DNA from: Bacillota bacterium | Lineage (GTDB): Bacteria; Bacillota; Sulfobacillia; Sulfobacillales; JAIMBI01 | NCBI GenBank assembly: GCA_021797815.1 | Contig: JAJZYZ010000007.1 | Span: 3,118 to 67,117 of the forward strand | Length of the DNA stretch: 64,000 bases | Reading direction: 5' to 3' | In this document: in pieces, positions 45,897 to 53,860 of the stretch | How positions within the stretch are numbered: position 1 is the stretch's first letter | Layout of the letters: every line of letters starts with the position of its first letter | The notes under the pieces: generated by a model | Databases searched by the model: none | What the model was told of the DNA's origin: nothing | What the model saw: only the letters and a program-made list of their open reading frames with translations | Position numbers and translations under genes: made by a program

Positions 45897-46901
45897 TCAG
45901 TCTCCGTAGTACACATGCTTCAACAGCGTGTCGGGATCGGGATCTGGCGCTTTCTCCGCAAACCGGGTGGCATCGTCCACCTGAGCCTTAACCCTGGCCC
46001 GGATATCCGCCACCTTGGCATCGTCGAGGAGTCCAAGATCCCTTAGCGTGGCCTCGAAGGTGATGAGCGGGTCGGACTTCTTGTGCTCGGCCACCTCTTC
46101 CCGCGAACGGTACGCGGAGTCGTCATCGTCACTCGAATGCGGCACAAACCGGTAGGTTTTGGCCTCAACCAGGGTCGGGCCCTCGCCACGCCGCGCCCGG
46201 GCCACCGCCGCCGCCATGACCTCATAGACTTTGACCGGATCGTTTCCGTCCACGACCACGCCCGGCATGCCGTACCCCTCGGCGCGGGCGGCGACATCGG
46301 CCACCGCCATCTGCTTGCGCTGTGGCACGGAAATGGCATAGCCGTTGTTCTCGTTGAAGTAGATGACGGGCAACTTCCACACGGCCGCGATGTTCATCGC
46401 CTCATGGAATTCACCCTGAGAGGTGGATCCTTCGCCGAAGTACGCTACCGCCACCGTGTCTTCCTCACGGCGCTTGGCACCCAGCGCGAGCCCGGCGGCG
46501 TGCAGCATCTGGGTCGTCACCACCGACCCGCTGGTCATGATGTTGAGCCGCTTCAAACCCCAGTGGGCCGGCATCTGCCGGCCGCCGGAATTCGGGTCGT
46601 CCCGACGGGCCAAAAGGTGAAGGAAGATTTCCCGCGGCGTCATGCCCATCGCCACCATTAGAGCGAGGTCGCGATAATAGGGTACAACCCAGTCACGGCC
46701 GCGATCGAGCGCAAAGGCGCTCGCCACCTGGGTCGCCTCGTGCCCGTTGGACGAGTATACGACCGGGGCGCGTCCCTGCCGGTTCAGAATCCACATCCGG
46801 TCGTCAAGCGCGCGCGCCAGCACGATGTTGTAAAACATATCCTCCAAAACATCCGGCGCGATCGTCTTGGGCATCTTGTTCTTAACCGCTGCTCTAGCCA
46901 C
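45897..46901 (-). CDS. 2-oxoacid dehydrogenase E1 component alpha subunit, copy 2
   Basis: The TPP motif is YFGEGSTSQGEFHEAMNIAAVWKLPVIYFNENNGYAIS, and HSSDDDD is present. The GTG start follows AAGGAG. Confidence 0.9.
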   Translation of the reverse strand: MARAAVKNKMPKTIAPDVLEDMFYNIVLARALDDRMWILNRQGRAPVVYSSNGHEATQVASAFALDRGRDWVVPYYRDLALMVAMGMTPREIFLHLLARRDDPNSGGRQMPAHWGLKRLNIMTSGSVVTTQMLHAAGLALGAKRREEDTVAVAYFGEGSTSQGEFHEAMNIAAVWKLPVIYFNENNGYAISVPQRKQMAVADVAARAEGYGMPGVVVDGNDPVKVYEVMAAAVARARRGEGPTLVEAKTYRFVPHSSDDDDSAYRSREEVAEHKKSDPLITFEATLRDLGLLDDAKVADIRARVKAQVDDATRFAEKAPDPDPDTLLKHVYYGD

Positions 46902-46936
46902 CGCCTTGTGCTCCTTTCCTGTCCGCTGCCTGGCGG

Positions 46937-47923
46937 TTAGCCATATACGTGAAGCAGCAGGGTCTCGGGATCTGGGGACGACGCGGCCTCCGCCAGCCGG
47001 GTCGCCTGGTCGACTTCCTCACGCACTCGTTTTCTTAGCTCCTGCTCTTGGGCATCATCCCAAAGGCCCTGCTCCTCCAGCCGGGACCTGAAGCGCGGCA
47101 CCGGATCGTCCCGGCGCATGGCGGCCAGTTCCTCCTGGGACCGGTAGCTCTTGTCATCGTCATCACTGGAGTGCGCGGTGAGCCGCACCACCTTGAATTC
47201 CAGCAGGCTTGGGCCATCTCCGGCTCGCGCCCGGTCGACTGCAGCTTTCGTGGCCTCATACACCGCCACCGGGTCGAGGCCGTCCACGGTCACGCCCGGC
47301 ATGCCGTAGCCACTGGCCCGCGCCGCCACGTTGGCGACCGCCATCTGCTTGCGCTGCGGCACGGAAATGGCGTACCCATTGTTTTCACAGATGAAGACCA
47401 CCGGCAGCTTGTTTACGGAGGCGAAGTTCAGGCCTTCGTGGAAGTCGCCTTGATTGGACGAGCCTTCTCCGAAAAACGCCGCCGACACCGCCTTCTCCCC
47501 CAGCACCTTGGACGCCAGCGCCGTGCCGGTGGCGTGCAGGATCTGAGTGGCCACCGGTGACGACCCGGTAATGATGCGCCGGGCACGATGTCCCCAGTGG
47601 GACGGCATCTGCCGCCCTCCCGAGCTGGGATCTGTCGCCCGCCCGAGATGCCCGCTCACAACTTCGCCCGGCGTCATCCCGAAAACCAGGACGACCCCCA
47701 AGTCCCGATAGTAAGGGCACATGATGTCCAGGTTGGCATCAAAGGCCAGTGCCGCCCCAACCTGCGCTGCCTCATGACCCTGCCCGGATATGACAAACGG
47801 GGCCCGGCCCTGACGATTCAAGATCCACGTCCGCTCATCGAGCATCCGGGCGAGCACCATGTAGTAGTACATCCGGTGCATCAACTCGGGGTTGGGAGCG
47901 TTCTTTACGCGCGTTCTGGGCAC
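46937..47923 (-). CDS. 2-oxoacid dehydrogenase E1 component alpha subunit, copy 1
   Basis: The TPP motif is FFGEGSSNQGDFHEGLNFASVNKLPVVFICENNGYAIS, and HSSDDDD is present. The GTG start follows GGAAAGGAAG. Confidence 0.9.
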   Translation of the reverse strand: MPRTRVKNAPNPELMHRMYYYMVLARMLDERTWILNRQGRAPFVISGQGHEAAQVGAALAFDANLDIMCPYYRDLGVVLVFGMTPGEVVSGHLGRATDPSSGGRQMPSHWGHRARRIITGSSPVATQILHATGTALASKVLGEKAVSAAFFGEGSSNQGDFHEGLNFASVNKLPVVFICENNGYAISVPQRKQMAVANVAARASGYGMPGVTVDGLDPVAVYEATKAAVDRARAGDGPSLLEFKVVRLTAHSSDDDDKSYRSQEELAAMRRDDPVPRFRSRLEEQGLWDDAQEQELRKRVREEVDQATRLAEAASSPDPETLLLHVYG

Positions 47924-48004
47924 GCCCTGCGCTTCCTTTCCACCGGACTTCCTACCATGGCTCCATCACGCACAAAACGAGCATGGCCGGCACATTCGGC
48001 CATT

Positions 48005-49411
48005 CTACATGTGAATCCCGCGTCCCTCCACCGCCAGCGCCGCCTCGTGCAGGACCTCCGACACCGTCGGGTGGGCGTGGACACTTTCGGCCACCTCCCA
48101 GGCGGTGGCTTCGAGGAACTTGGCGAGTGCCATCTCGTTGATGAGGTCGGACGCGTGCGGTCCGATGATGTGGGCGCCCAGCAGATCGTTGGTCCGGGCG
48201 TCGGCGATAAGCTTCACGAAGCCCTCGCCCTCTCCGAGAATGAGCGACTTGCCGTTGGCGCGGAATGGGAACACGCCCGTCTTGACCTCGTGTCCGCCCG
48301 TCTTGGCCTGCTCCTCCGTCAGGCCCAGACTAGCCACTTCGGGCCGGCAGTAGGTAACCCGCGGCACCCGGTTGGGATCGAGCGGCTCGGGGTTCTGGCC
48401 CGCAATTTCTTCAACCGCCAGCATCCCCTCGTGTGCGGCGACATGCGCGAGCAGGTAGCCGCCGATGCAGTCGCCCACGGCATAGACGTGCGGCGCGTGG
48501 GTGCGGTACTGGTCGTCCACCTCAACAAACCCGCGGTTCATGGTCACTCCAACGGCCTCAAGACCGATATCGGCCGTGAGAGGTTGACGTCCGATGGCGA
48601 CCAGGAGTGCATCTGCGGCAATCTCCTCGGCTTTTCCGTCGCTCTTGGTGACCTTGGCCGAAATCCCCTTCTTGGACACGGAGATGTTGGCCACGTCGAT
48701 CTGAGCGCCGGCATGGACCGTAATGCCCCGCTTGGTGAAGATCTTGGTGAGCTCGGTCGCCACCTCCGCCTCGTCCTGGGGCAGGATGTGCGGGAGCATC
48801 TCGACCAGGGTGACCTTCGAACCGAAGTCCGCGTACATCGAGGCAAACTCCACCCCGATGGCGCCGCCGCCGATGATGAGAATGCGGTCTGGCACGTCCT
48901 GCTTCTCCAGCACATGGTCGGAGCTCAAGACGCGCTGGCCGTCGAAGGGAAGTCCAGGGAGCGCCCGCGGAACAGAGCCGGTAGCCACCAGGATGTCCTT
49001 GCCGCGAAGGACCTCCTCGCCTTTGGCTGTCGTCACCGTCACCGTTCCCGGGGCCGAAATTCGCCCCGTGCCCTCGTAGACGCTAATCTTGTTCTTCTTC
49101 ATCAGGAACTGGACGCCGCGCCACAGCTGGGTGACCACCTTGTTCTTGGCGTCCTGGGCCCTCGGGTAGTCGAGGCTCACCTCGCCCTGCAAGCTGATGC
49201 CGAACTCATCGTGGCGGCGGAAGCTGTCGAGCAGGTCAGCCGTATGCAAGAGCGCCTTCGTGGGGATACAGCCTTGATGCAGGCACGTGCCCCCTACCTT
49301 CGCCTTTTCCACCAGGGCCGTCTTGAACCCCAGCTGCGAGGCCCGGATAGCGCCGACGTACCCGCCCATGCCCCCGCCGAGCACTATCAGATCAAATTGT
49401 TCCTCACTCAT
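48005..49411 (-). CDS. lpd: Dihydrolipoyl dehydrogenase (E3)
   Basis: The FAD fold is LIVLGGGMGGY and the redox-active disulfide is GGTCLHQGCIPTK. The C-terminal HAHPT interface motif is present. Confidence 0.95.
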   Translation of the reverse strand: MSEEQFDLIVLGGGMGGYVGAIRASQLGFKTALVEKAKVGGTCLHQGCIPTKALLHTADLLDSFRRHDEFGISLQGEVSLDYPRAQDAKNKVVTQLWRGVQFLMKKNKISVYEGTGRISAPGTVTVTTAKGEEVLRGKDILVATGSVPRALPGLPFDGQRVLSSDHVLEKQDVPDRILIIGGGAIGVEFASMYADFGSKVTLVEMLPHILPQDEAEVATELTKIFTKRGITVHAGAQIDVANISVSKKGISAKVTKSDGKAEEIAADALLVAIGRQPLTADIGLEAVGVTMNRGFVEVDDQYRTHAPHVYAVGDCIGGYLLAHVAAHEGMLAVEEIAGQNPEPLDPNRVPRVTYCRPEVASLGLTEEQAKTGGHEVKTGVFPFRANGKSLILGEGEGFVKLIADARTNDLLGAHIIGPHASDLINEMALAKFLEATAWEVAESVHAHPTVSEVLHEAALAVEGRGIHM

Positions 49412-49638
49412 CCTGAAGCCTCCGTCTCACATCTCGTCTCGGTCGCTCGTCGTACCGGTCAAGCCCGAGAAGAGACCGGCTGGTCGCGCGAGTCGCGCGG
49501 CCGGCACGCATTGTCTTATCTCCTCGCGCACGGGCGCATACCAGAATCTCAGGATCCGACCCGGACGGTCCGGTGCGGTCCCGAGCAAGACTTAACTAGG
49601 GCCACGTTACTCCTTTTGCCGGATCCGTGACAAGCAAG

Positions 49639-50382
49639 TCAGCTCTGCCACGCGTCGGGATAGAAGTGCAGATGAAACGGGGACAGCACCTTGAACGCTT
49701 CCGCCAGCTCACACCCGGCCTCCGCCCCCAGCTCGGCGGCCTTGGTGCGTAGATAGAAGGTGATGAGATCGGCCTGCATGCCCGGGAATTGACTCTCGTG
49801 CGCCCGAAGTGCCTCGACCTTCCGATCAAACGTGGCCGTGACGTCTACCAGGGTGTTGGGCCAGGCGGTTCCGTAGAAGCCCACCGACGGCGCGTCGACG
49901 CCCGCTCCCGCCTCCGGATGAACGAGGGGAAACGCGGCCATGATGGCCGCTGTCGCCACCACACTCCCGAGGGTCCGGTGATCGGGATGCGCTTCGTAAG
50001 GGCACCACGGGTCCGGCGCCATGACAAGATCAGGCTTCAACCGACGGATCACCTCGTAGACGCGGCCAGACAGCTCCTCTTCATGCCGCGCGAGCGTCAT
50101 GTCGTGAAAGCCGAGCCACTCAAGCGCCGACCCGCCCACCACGGCCATGGCGGCTTCCTGCTCCTTTTGGCGAACGTTGACGATGCTCGATCCGGCGCTG
50201 GCGTCAAACGCTCCCATGGCGCCGTCGCTCGCGACCACCCACGTTACTTGAGCGCCCATCTCGATGAGACGCGCCAGCGTGCCCGCGGCCCCGATCTCGT
50301 TGTCGTCGGGATGCGGGGAGAACGCGACGACCCGCCGCATCGAAAGAATGTCGGGAACCGGCACCAGATCTTTTGCCGTCAC
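49639..50382 (-). CDS. PIG-L/LmbE-family N-acetylglucosaminyl deacetylase
   Basis: VVAFSPHPDDNEIGAAGTLARL is the PIG-L zinc-binding motif, and HPDHR occurs downstream. Confidence 0.85.
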   Translation of the reverse strand: MTAKDLVPVPDILSMRRVVAFSPHPDDNEIGAAGTLARLIEMGAQVTWVVASDGAMGAFDASAGSSIVNVRQKEQEAAMAVVGGSALEWLGFHDMTLARHEEELSGRVYEVIRRLKPDLVMAPDPWCPYEAHPDHRTLGSVVATAAIMAAFPLVHPEAGAGVDAPSVGFYGTAWPNTLVDVTATFDRKVEALRAHESQFPGMQADLITFYLRTKAAELGAEAGCELAEAFKVLSPFHLHFYPDAWQS

Positions 50383-50527
50383 CTTGACACCGCCTCCTTG
50401 ACCGAAGTCCTCACTGCACTAATTCACCGTGTCATAACCCGTGGCCGGCCAGCGGCTCGCAGGAATCTGGGTTCACGAGTCGAACGGAGCCACCGACAGA
50501 GTTCATAAAGCCCGAAGGGAACGTTGT

Positions 50528-51769
50528 ATGCAAGTTGCGACTTACCCTCCCCGGCGTCTGTCGGTCTCCGAGAACCTCGCCCTGTCCTTCTTCTGGTTTA
50601 CCAATAACGTGCAGTGGACCGCCCTCATCATCATCGTGATGCCGGCCGTCATTCGGGGCTTTGTGGGGAATGCCCGTTCCGGCGCGATGCTGTCGCTGGT
50701 AAGTGCCAGCGGGGCCCTAATCGCCAGTGTGAGCCAGCCCGTATTCGGCGCCATCTCCGATCGTTCGCTGCATCGCTGGGGCCGCCGACGGCCTTTCATG
50801 CTGGCGGGCGTGGTGCTGACTTCGGCCACCCTGGTCGTCATGGGATTTGCCCACTCGTTGTGGCTGTTTGCGGGCGCGTTCTTTGTCTTGGAAGTGGTCG
50901 CCAACCTCGCCACAGCCCCCTACGCCGGACTCATCCCCGACCTGGTTGTACCTGAACAGCGCGGAACCGCGAGCGGATACATGGGCCTCATGAATGAGGC
51001 CGCCATCATTTTCGGCGTCTTGCTGCCGTCCTATCTCTCGGTGCGGATGGCGTTCGAAGTGCTGGCCGCGCTTCAGGTAGTGGGACTGCTGGTCACTCTC
51101 TATGGAGTGAAGGAGCGACGGCTTTCCGACCGCCCGCCGTTTTCTCTTCGTGCGTTTTTCAAGAGTTTCTGGATTTCGCCGCAGGCCTATCCCGACTGGT
51201 GGTGGGTCTTTGGCACCCGGCTTCTGGTGCTGCTCGGCTTTGCGACGCTCGAGTATTACCTCTATTACTACCTGCTCTACGTCCAGCATCTGGTCAATCC
51301 CAACGGCTACCTGGACCAGATCCTGCTGCTTGTGACGGGCGGGTCGGTTCTGTCGGTGCTTGCGGCTGGCTGGCTATCGGACAAACTTCATCGCCGCCGC
51401 TTTCTGGTTACCATCGGCGGGCTCTTGATGGGACTCACGGCCATCGGCTTTGTGTTCACGCATCGTATGGGCGACATCCTGGCTCTGGCGGCGGTATTCG
51501 GCCTTGGATACGGCACCTACATCTCCTGCGATTGGGCCCTGGCCGTGGACGTCCTCCCGCCGACCGACAATGCGGCCAAGGACATGGGCCTGTGGTCCAT
51601 CTCTCAGACGCTGTCCCAGACCGTCGCGACCATCCTGGGCGGCGTCCTTCTCGTGGCGCTGGCCCACCGGCTCGGGCTGTCAGGCTCCTACCGGGCGCTC
51701 TATCTCCTGTCCTTCATCTATTTCCTGCTAGGTTCCGTGCTCATCTTCCGGGTCAAGAGCGCGAGGTAG
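50528..51769 (+). CDS. MFS transporter
   Basis: About 12 hydrophobic helices, with GAISDRSLHRWGRRRPF as the MFS loop 2-3 motif. The 3' end overlaps the convergent MazG-like gene by about 40 nt. Confidence 0.85.
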   Translation: MQVATYPPRRLSVSENLALSFFWFTNNVQWTALIIIVMPAVIRGFVGNARSGAMLSLVSASGALIASVSQPVFGAISDRSLHRWGRRRPFMLAGVVLTSATLVVMGFAHSLWLFAGAFFVLEVVANLATAPYAGLIPDLVVPEQRGTASGYMGLMNEAAIIFGVLLPSYLSVRMAFEVLAALQVVGLLVTLYGVKERRLSDRPPFSLRAFFKSFWISPQAYPDWWWVFGTRLLVLLGFATLEYYLYYYLLYVQHLVNPNGYLDQILLLVTGGSVLSVLAAGWLSDKLHRRRFLVTIGGLLMGLTAIGFVFTHRMGDILALAAVFGLGYGTYISCDWALAVDVLPPTDNAAKDMGLWSISQTLSQTVATILGGVLLVALAHRLGLSGSYRALYLLSFIYFLLGSVLIFRVKSAR

Positions 51770-52081
51770 ACGCGGCGTCCAGCGTCCGGCATCGCGGACC
51801 GCGTACTTTTCCAGCACGGTGTCGAGCGCCTCCGACAGGTCCACGTGCACGGCATTGGCAAAGCATACGAGCACGAAAAAAAGGTCTCCCAGCTCTTCGG
51901 ACACGCTTCCAGGCGCCTCGCCCGGCTTTTTCGGCTTGGGGCCGTACGTATGGCTCACCTCCCGCGCCAGTTCGCCCAGCTCTTCGGTAAGGCGCGCCAG
52001 CATGGCCAGGGGAGGAAAGTACCCCTCCGCAAACTGGCTGATGTACGCGTCCACGCGCTCTTGCGCCTCGGTGACCGTCAT
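51728..52081 (-). CDS. MazG-like nucleotide pyrophosphohydrolase
   Basis: LTEELGELAREV...EELGDLFFVLVCFAN is the EExxE...ExxD MazG motif. An alternative start at 52108 overlaps the rlmH stop. Confidence 0.8.
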   Translation of the reverse strand: MTVTEAQERVDAYISQFAEGYFPPLAMLARLTEELGELAREVSHTYGPKPKKPGEAPGSVSEELGDLFFVLVCFANAVHVDLSEALDTVLEKYAVRDAGRWTPRLPRALDPEDEHGT

Positions 52082-52107
52082 GGCGGCAATCCCTCGTCTT
52101 TCCGGCA

Positions 52108-52584
52108 TCAGGCTTTGTGATACGGGTGAGAATGCAGGATGCTGTGCGCACGGTAAATCTGTTCGGCCACCAGAAGCGGCACCATCTCGTGAGGAAACGT
52201 AAGGCGCGACAGCGACCACACATGGTCCGCGCGCTGCAGCACCTCAGGAGAGAGTCCGTGCGCGCCTCCGATCACGAGCGCAAGCGGCCGCCCCTGTTCT
52301 AAAAAGCGCTGGAAGCGTCCGGCCCAGGTTATGGAGTCGTCCTCGACTCCCTGTTCGGCAAGCGCGACGACAAGCCTGCCCTCAGCGCGCTCCAGGATCC
52401 GGCGCCCTTCGCGCGCCATCACGTCGCGGACCGGCAGCGAGCCCGCAGACGCTTCCGGCAGCTGCACCCAGTCCCACTGCCATCCCGCCGGCAGCCGTCG
52501 GCGGTAGGCCTCTACGGCCAGGGCCGTGCGCTCATCGACCCGCCGCCCCACGCTGATGAGGAGGATGCGCTGGCCCTCACTCAC
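52108..52584 (-). CDS. rlmH: 23S rRNA (pseudouridine1915-N3)-methyltransferase
   Basis: ILLISVGRR.., VIGGAHGLSPEV and LSLSRLTFPHEMVPLLVAEQIYRA are SPOUT/RlmH motifs. The GTG start overlaps the end of the GNAT gene. Confidence 0.9.
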   Translation of the reverse strand: MSEGQRILLISVGRRVDERTALAVEAYRRRLPAGWQWDWVQLPEASAGSLPVRDVMAREGRRILERAEGRLVVALAEQGVEDDSITWAGRFQRFLEQGRPLALVIGGAHGLSPEVLQRADHVWSLSRLTFPHEMVPLLVAEQIYRAHSILHSHPYHKA

Positions 52585-53092
52585 GGCCCGATAGCTCCGA
52601 TCCGCCCGGGACCCACTCCCACTCCCACTCATCCCGCAGGGGCTCCCCGTCCAGTCCCACCTCGGGTATGGCTGGCTTCAGTGCGCGGGCACGCGTGACG
52701 GCGTCTTTGTGGACGGCGACCCGGCGAAAACCGCGGCGGAGATGGAAGCGGGCCGCAGGGAGATTGTCATTGGTCGTGAAGAGGGAAAGTCGCTGTCCGC
52801 GTTCGGCCGCCAGCGCCTGAACCCCGCACACGAGCGCGGTGCCGACGCCACGGCCCTCGTCAAGACTGTTTAGGGAAATCAGTTCGATCGTGCGCTCCTC
52901 GTGGTCGGTCAGATAGGTGAGGAGACCCAGTGCATGACCCGTCTGCTCATCCTCCGCCAAAAAGCCGGCCAGCGCATCGACATGGTGCTCGCGGCCCCCG
53001 CTCACCATGGTCAGGCCACCCCAATGGGAGCTCCAGAGCACCTCCGCCAGGGCCCGATCACTTTCTCCCAGGGGTCGGATGCGGAAGGACAC
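52577..53092 (-). CDS. GNAT-family N-acetyltransferase
   Basis: The acetyl-CoA-binding block is LISLNSLDEGRGVGTALV...AAERGQ, followed by FHLRRGFRRV. Confidence 0.8.
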   Translation of the reverse strand: MSFRIRPLGESDRALAEVLWSSHWGGLTMVSGGREHHVDALAGFLAEDEQTGHALGLLTYLTDHEERTIELISLNSLDEGRGVGTALVCGVQALAAERGQRLSLFTTNDNLPAARFHLRRGFRRVAVHKDAVTRARALKPAIPEVGLDGEPLRDEWEWEWVPGGSELSGRE

Positions 53093-53151
53093 GGGAGCGC
53101 TCCCTTCTTCGGGTGCCGTGACCGTCTGGCCTGCAGCCTCCTAGCACGGTC

Positions 53152-53180
53152 TTGCCATCCATAATAGGCGATGATAGAAT
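53152..53180 (+). promoter_or_regulatory. SigmaA-type promoter
   Basis: TTGCCA (53152-53157), a 17-nt spacer, then TAGAAT (53175-53180). It lies in an A/T-rich patch 33 nt upstream of the ATG at 53213. Confidence 0.6.
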
Positions 53181-53196
53181 TAGAACATCAGTTCTA
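53181..53196 (+). promoter_or_regulatory. Cheo/SOS-box-like palindrome (candidate LexA operator)
   Basis: TAGAAC-ATCA-GTTCTA matches the Gram-positive LexA core GAAC-N4-GTTC and abuts the -10 element. Confidence 0.5.
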
Positions 53197-53212
53197 TTGA
53201 CGGAGGTGCCGC

Positions 53213-53449
53213 ATGTCTCTTCCCCTATCGCCCGTTCGCGAGGCTCATCCAGAGACCGACGTTCTGAGCCGGTACGTGGAAGCCATCGCGCGTCTCGGCC
53301 GAGCGCGCAAGGCACTCCGGCGGGCACGAACTACCGAACGGCGCCGTGCCGCCCGTCATGCGCTGGAAGAGGCCGAGACCCTCTGCCGACGGCTCCGGCT
53401 TGAGGCCCACGAGCGTCTGGGAGCGTACGGGTCACCCAGCCAGCCCTGA
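53213..53449 (+). CDS. Hypothetical small Arg/Ala-rich helical protein (78 aa)
   Basis: The ATG lies 5 nt after GGAGGTG. It is predicted to be helical (..RYVEAIARLGRARKALRRARTTERRRAARHALEEAETLCRRLRLEAHERL..). Confidence 0.5.
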   Translation: MSLPLSPVREAHPETDVLSRYVEAIARLGRARKALRRARTTERRRAARHALEEAETLCRRLRLEAHERLGAYGSPSQP

Positions 53450-53798
53450 AGCGCTGGCGGGTGACGGGCGGTTATGTTCCGTGTCCGTTCTGCTATGACT
53501 TATCGCCGCCTGCGCCGCGCCTGTCTTTCCCCGCCAGTCGGGAGATCTTCTTTTCAGGCCACTGAAAGCTCGGCTGCACGGTTAGGGCGACTGCCCCAGA
53601 CCGTTCGCGGTTCCACCGCGCCACACGGCGAGCCAGGGCGTCGTCAAGCGAGAACACGCCCCAGAGATATGCCGCCAACGCCGTCATTTCGAGCTCGCTG
53701 CGCGGCTTTAAGGCCGTTCCAGGTTTCTCAAGGCGGGGGGCTCCGCGGTCTACCTGCAACTCCACGCGCCAACAAAAGCGGCCCGTTCATGACCTCAG

Positions 53799-53828
53799 TT
53801 GCCGATGCAAGCTTACGTTTTGTATGAT
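53799..53828 (+). promoter_or_regulatory. Candidate sigmaA promoter of the ABC exporter pair
   Basis: TTGCCG, an 18-nt spacer, then TATGAT (with TG just upstream). It lies about 30 nt before the RBS GGAGGAA at 53850. Confidence 0.45.
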
Positions 53829-53860
53829 ACAGATCGTTAACTTACTCAGTGGAGGAATCG

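Noticed and set aside
47588-49630. 680-aa plus-strand ORF. The same applies to 44880-46046 (+), 53975-55534 (-), 58239-59552 (+), 59445-60566 (-), 61111-63249 (+) and 36821-38002 (-).
   Set aside because: All are long antisense shadows of strongly supported genes (lpd, E1beta, ABC exporter, oxidoreductase, M61 peptidase, OppA-like, regulator). All have Arg/Pro/His/Gly-dominated translations.
53493-53765. 90-aa minus-strand ORF between the small SOS-box ORF and the ABC exporter
   Set aside because: Only the stretch ..MTALAAYLWGVFSLDDALARRVARWNRE.. looks protein-like. There is no SD and no family. It might be a remnant, but the support is insufficient.
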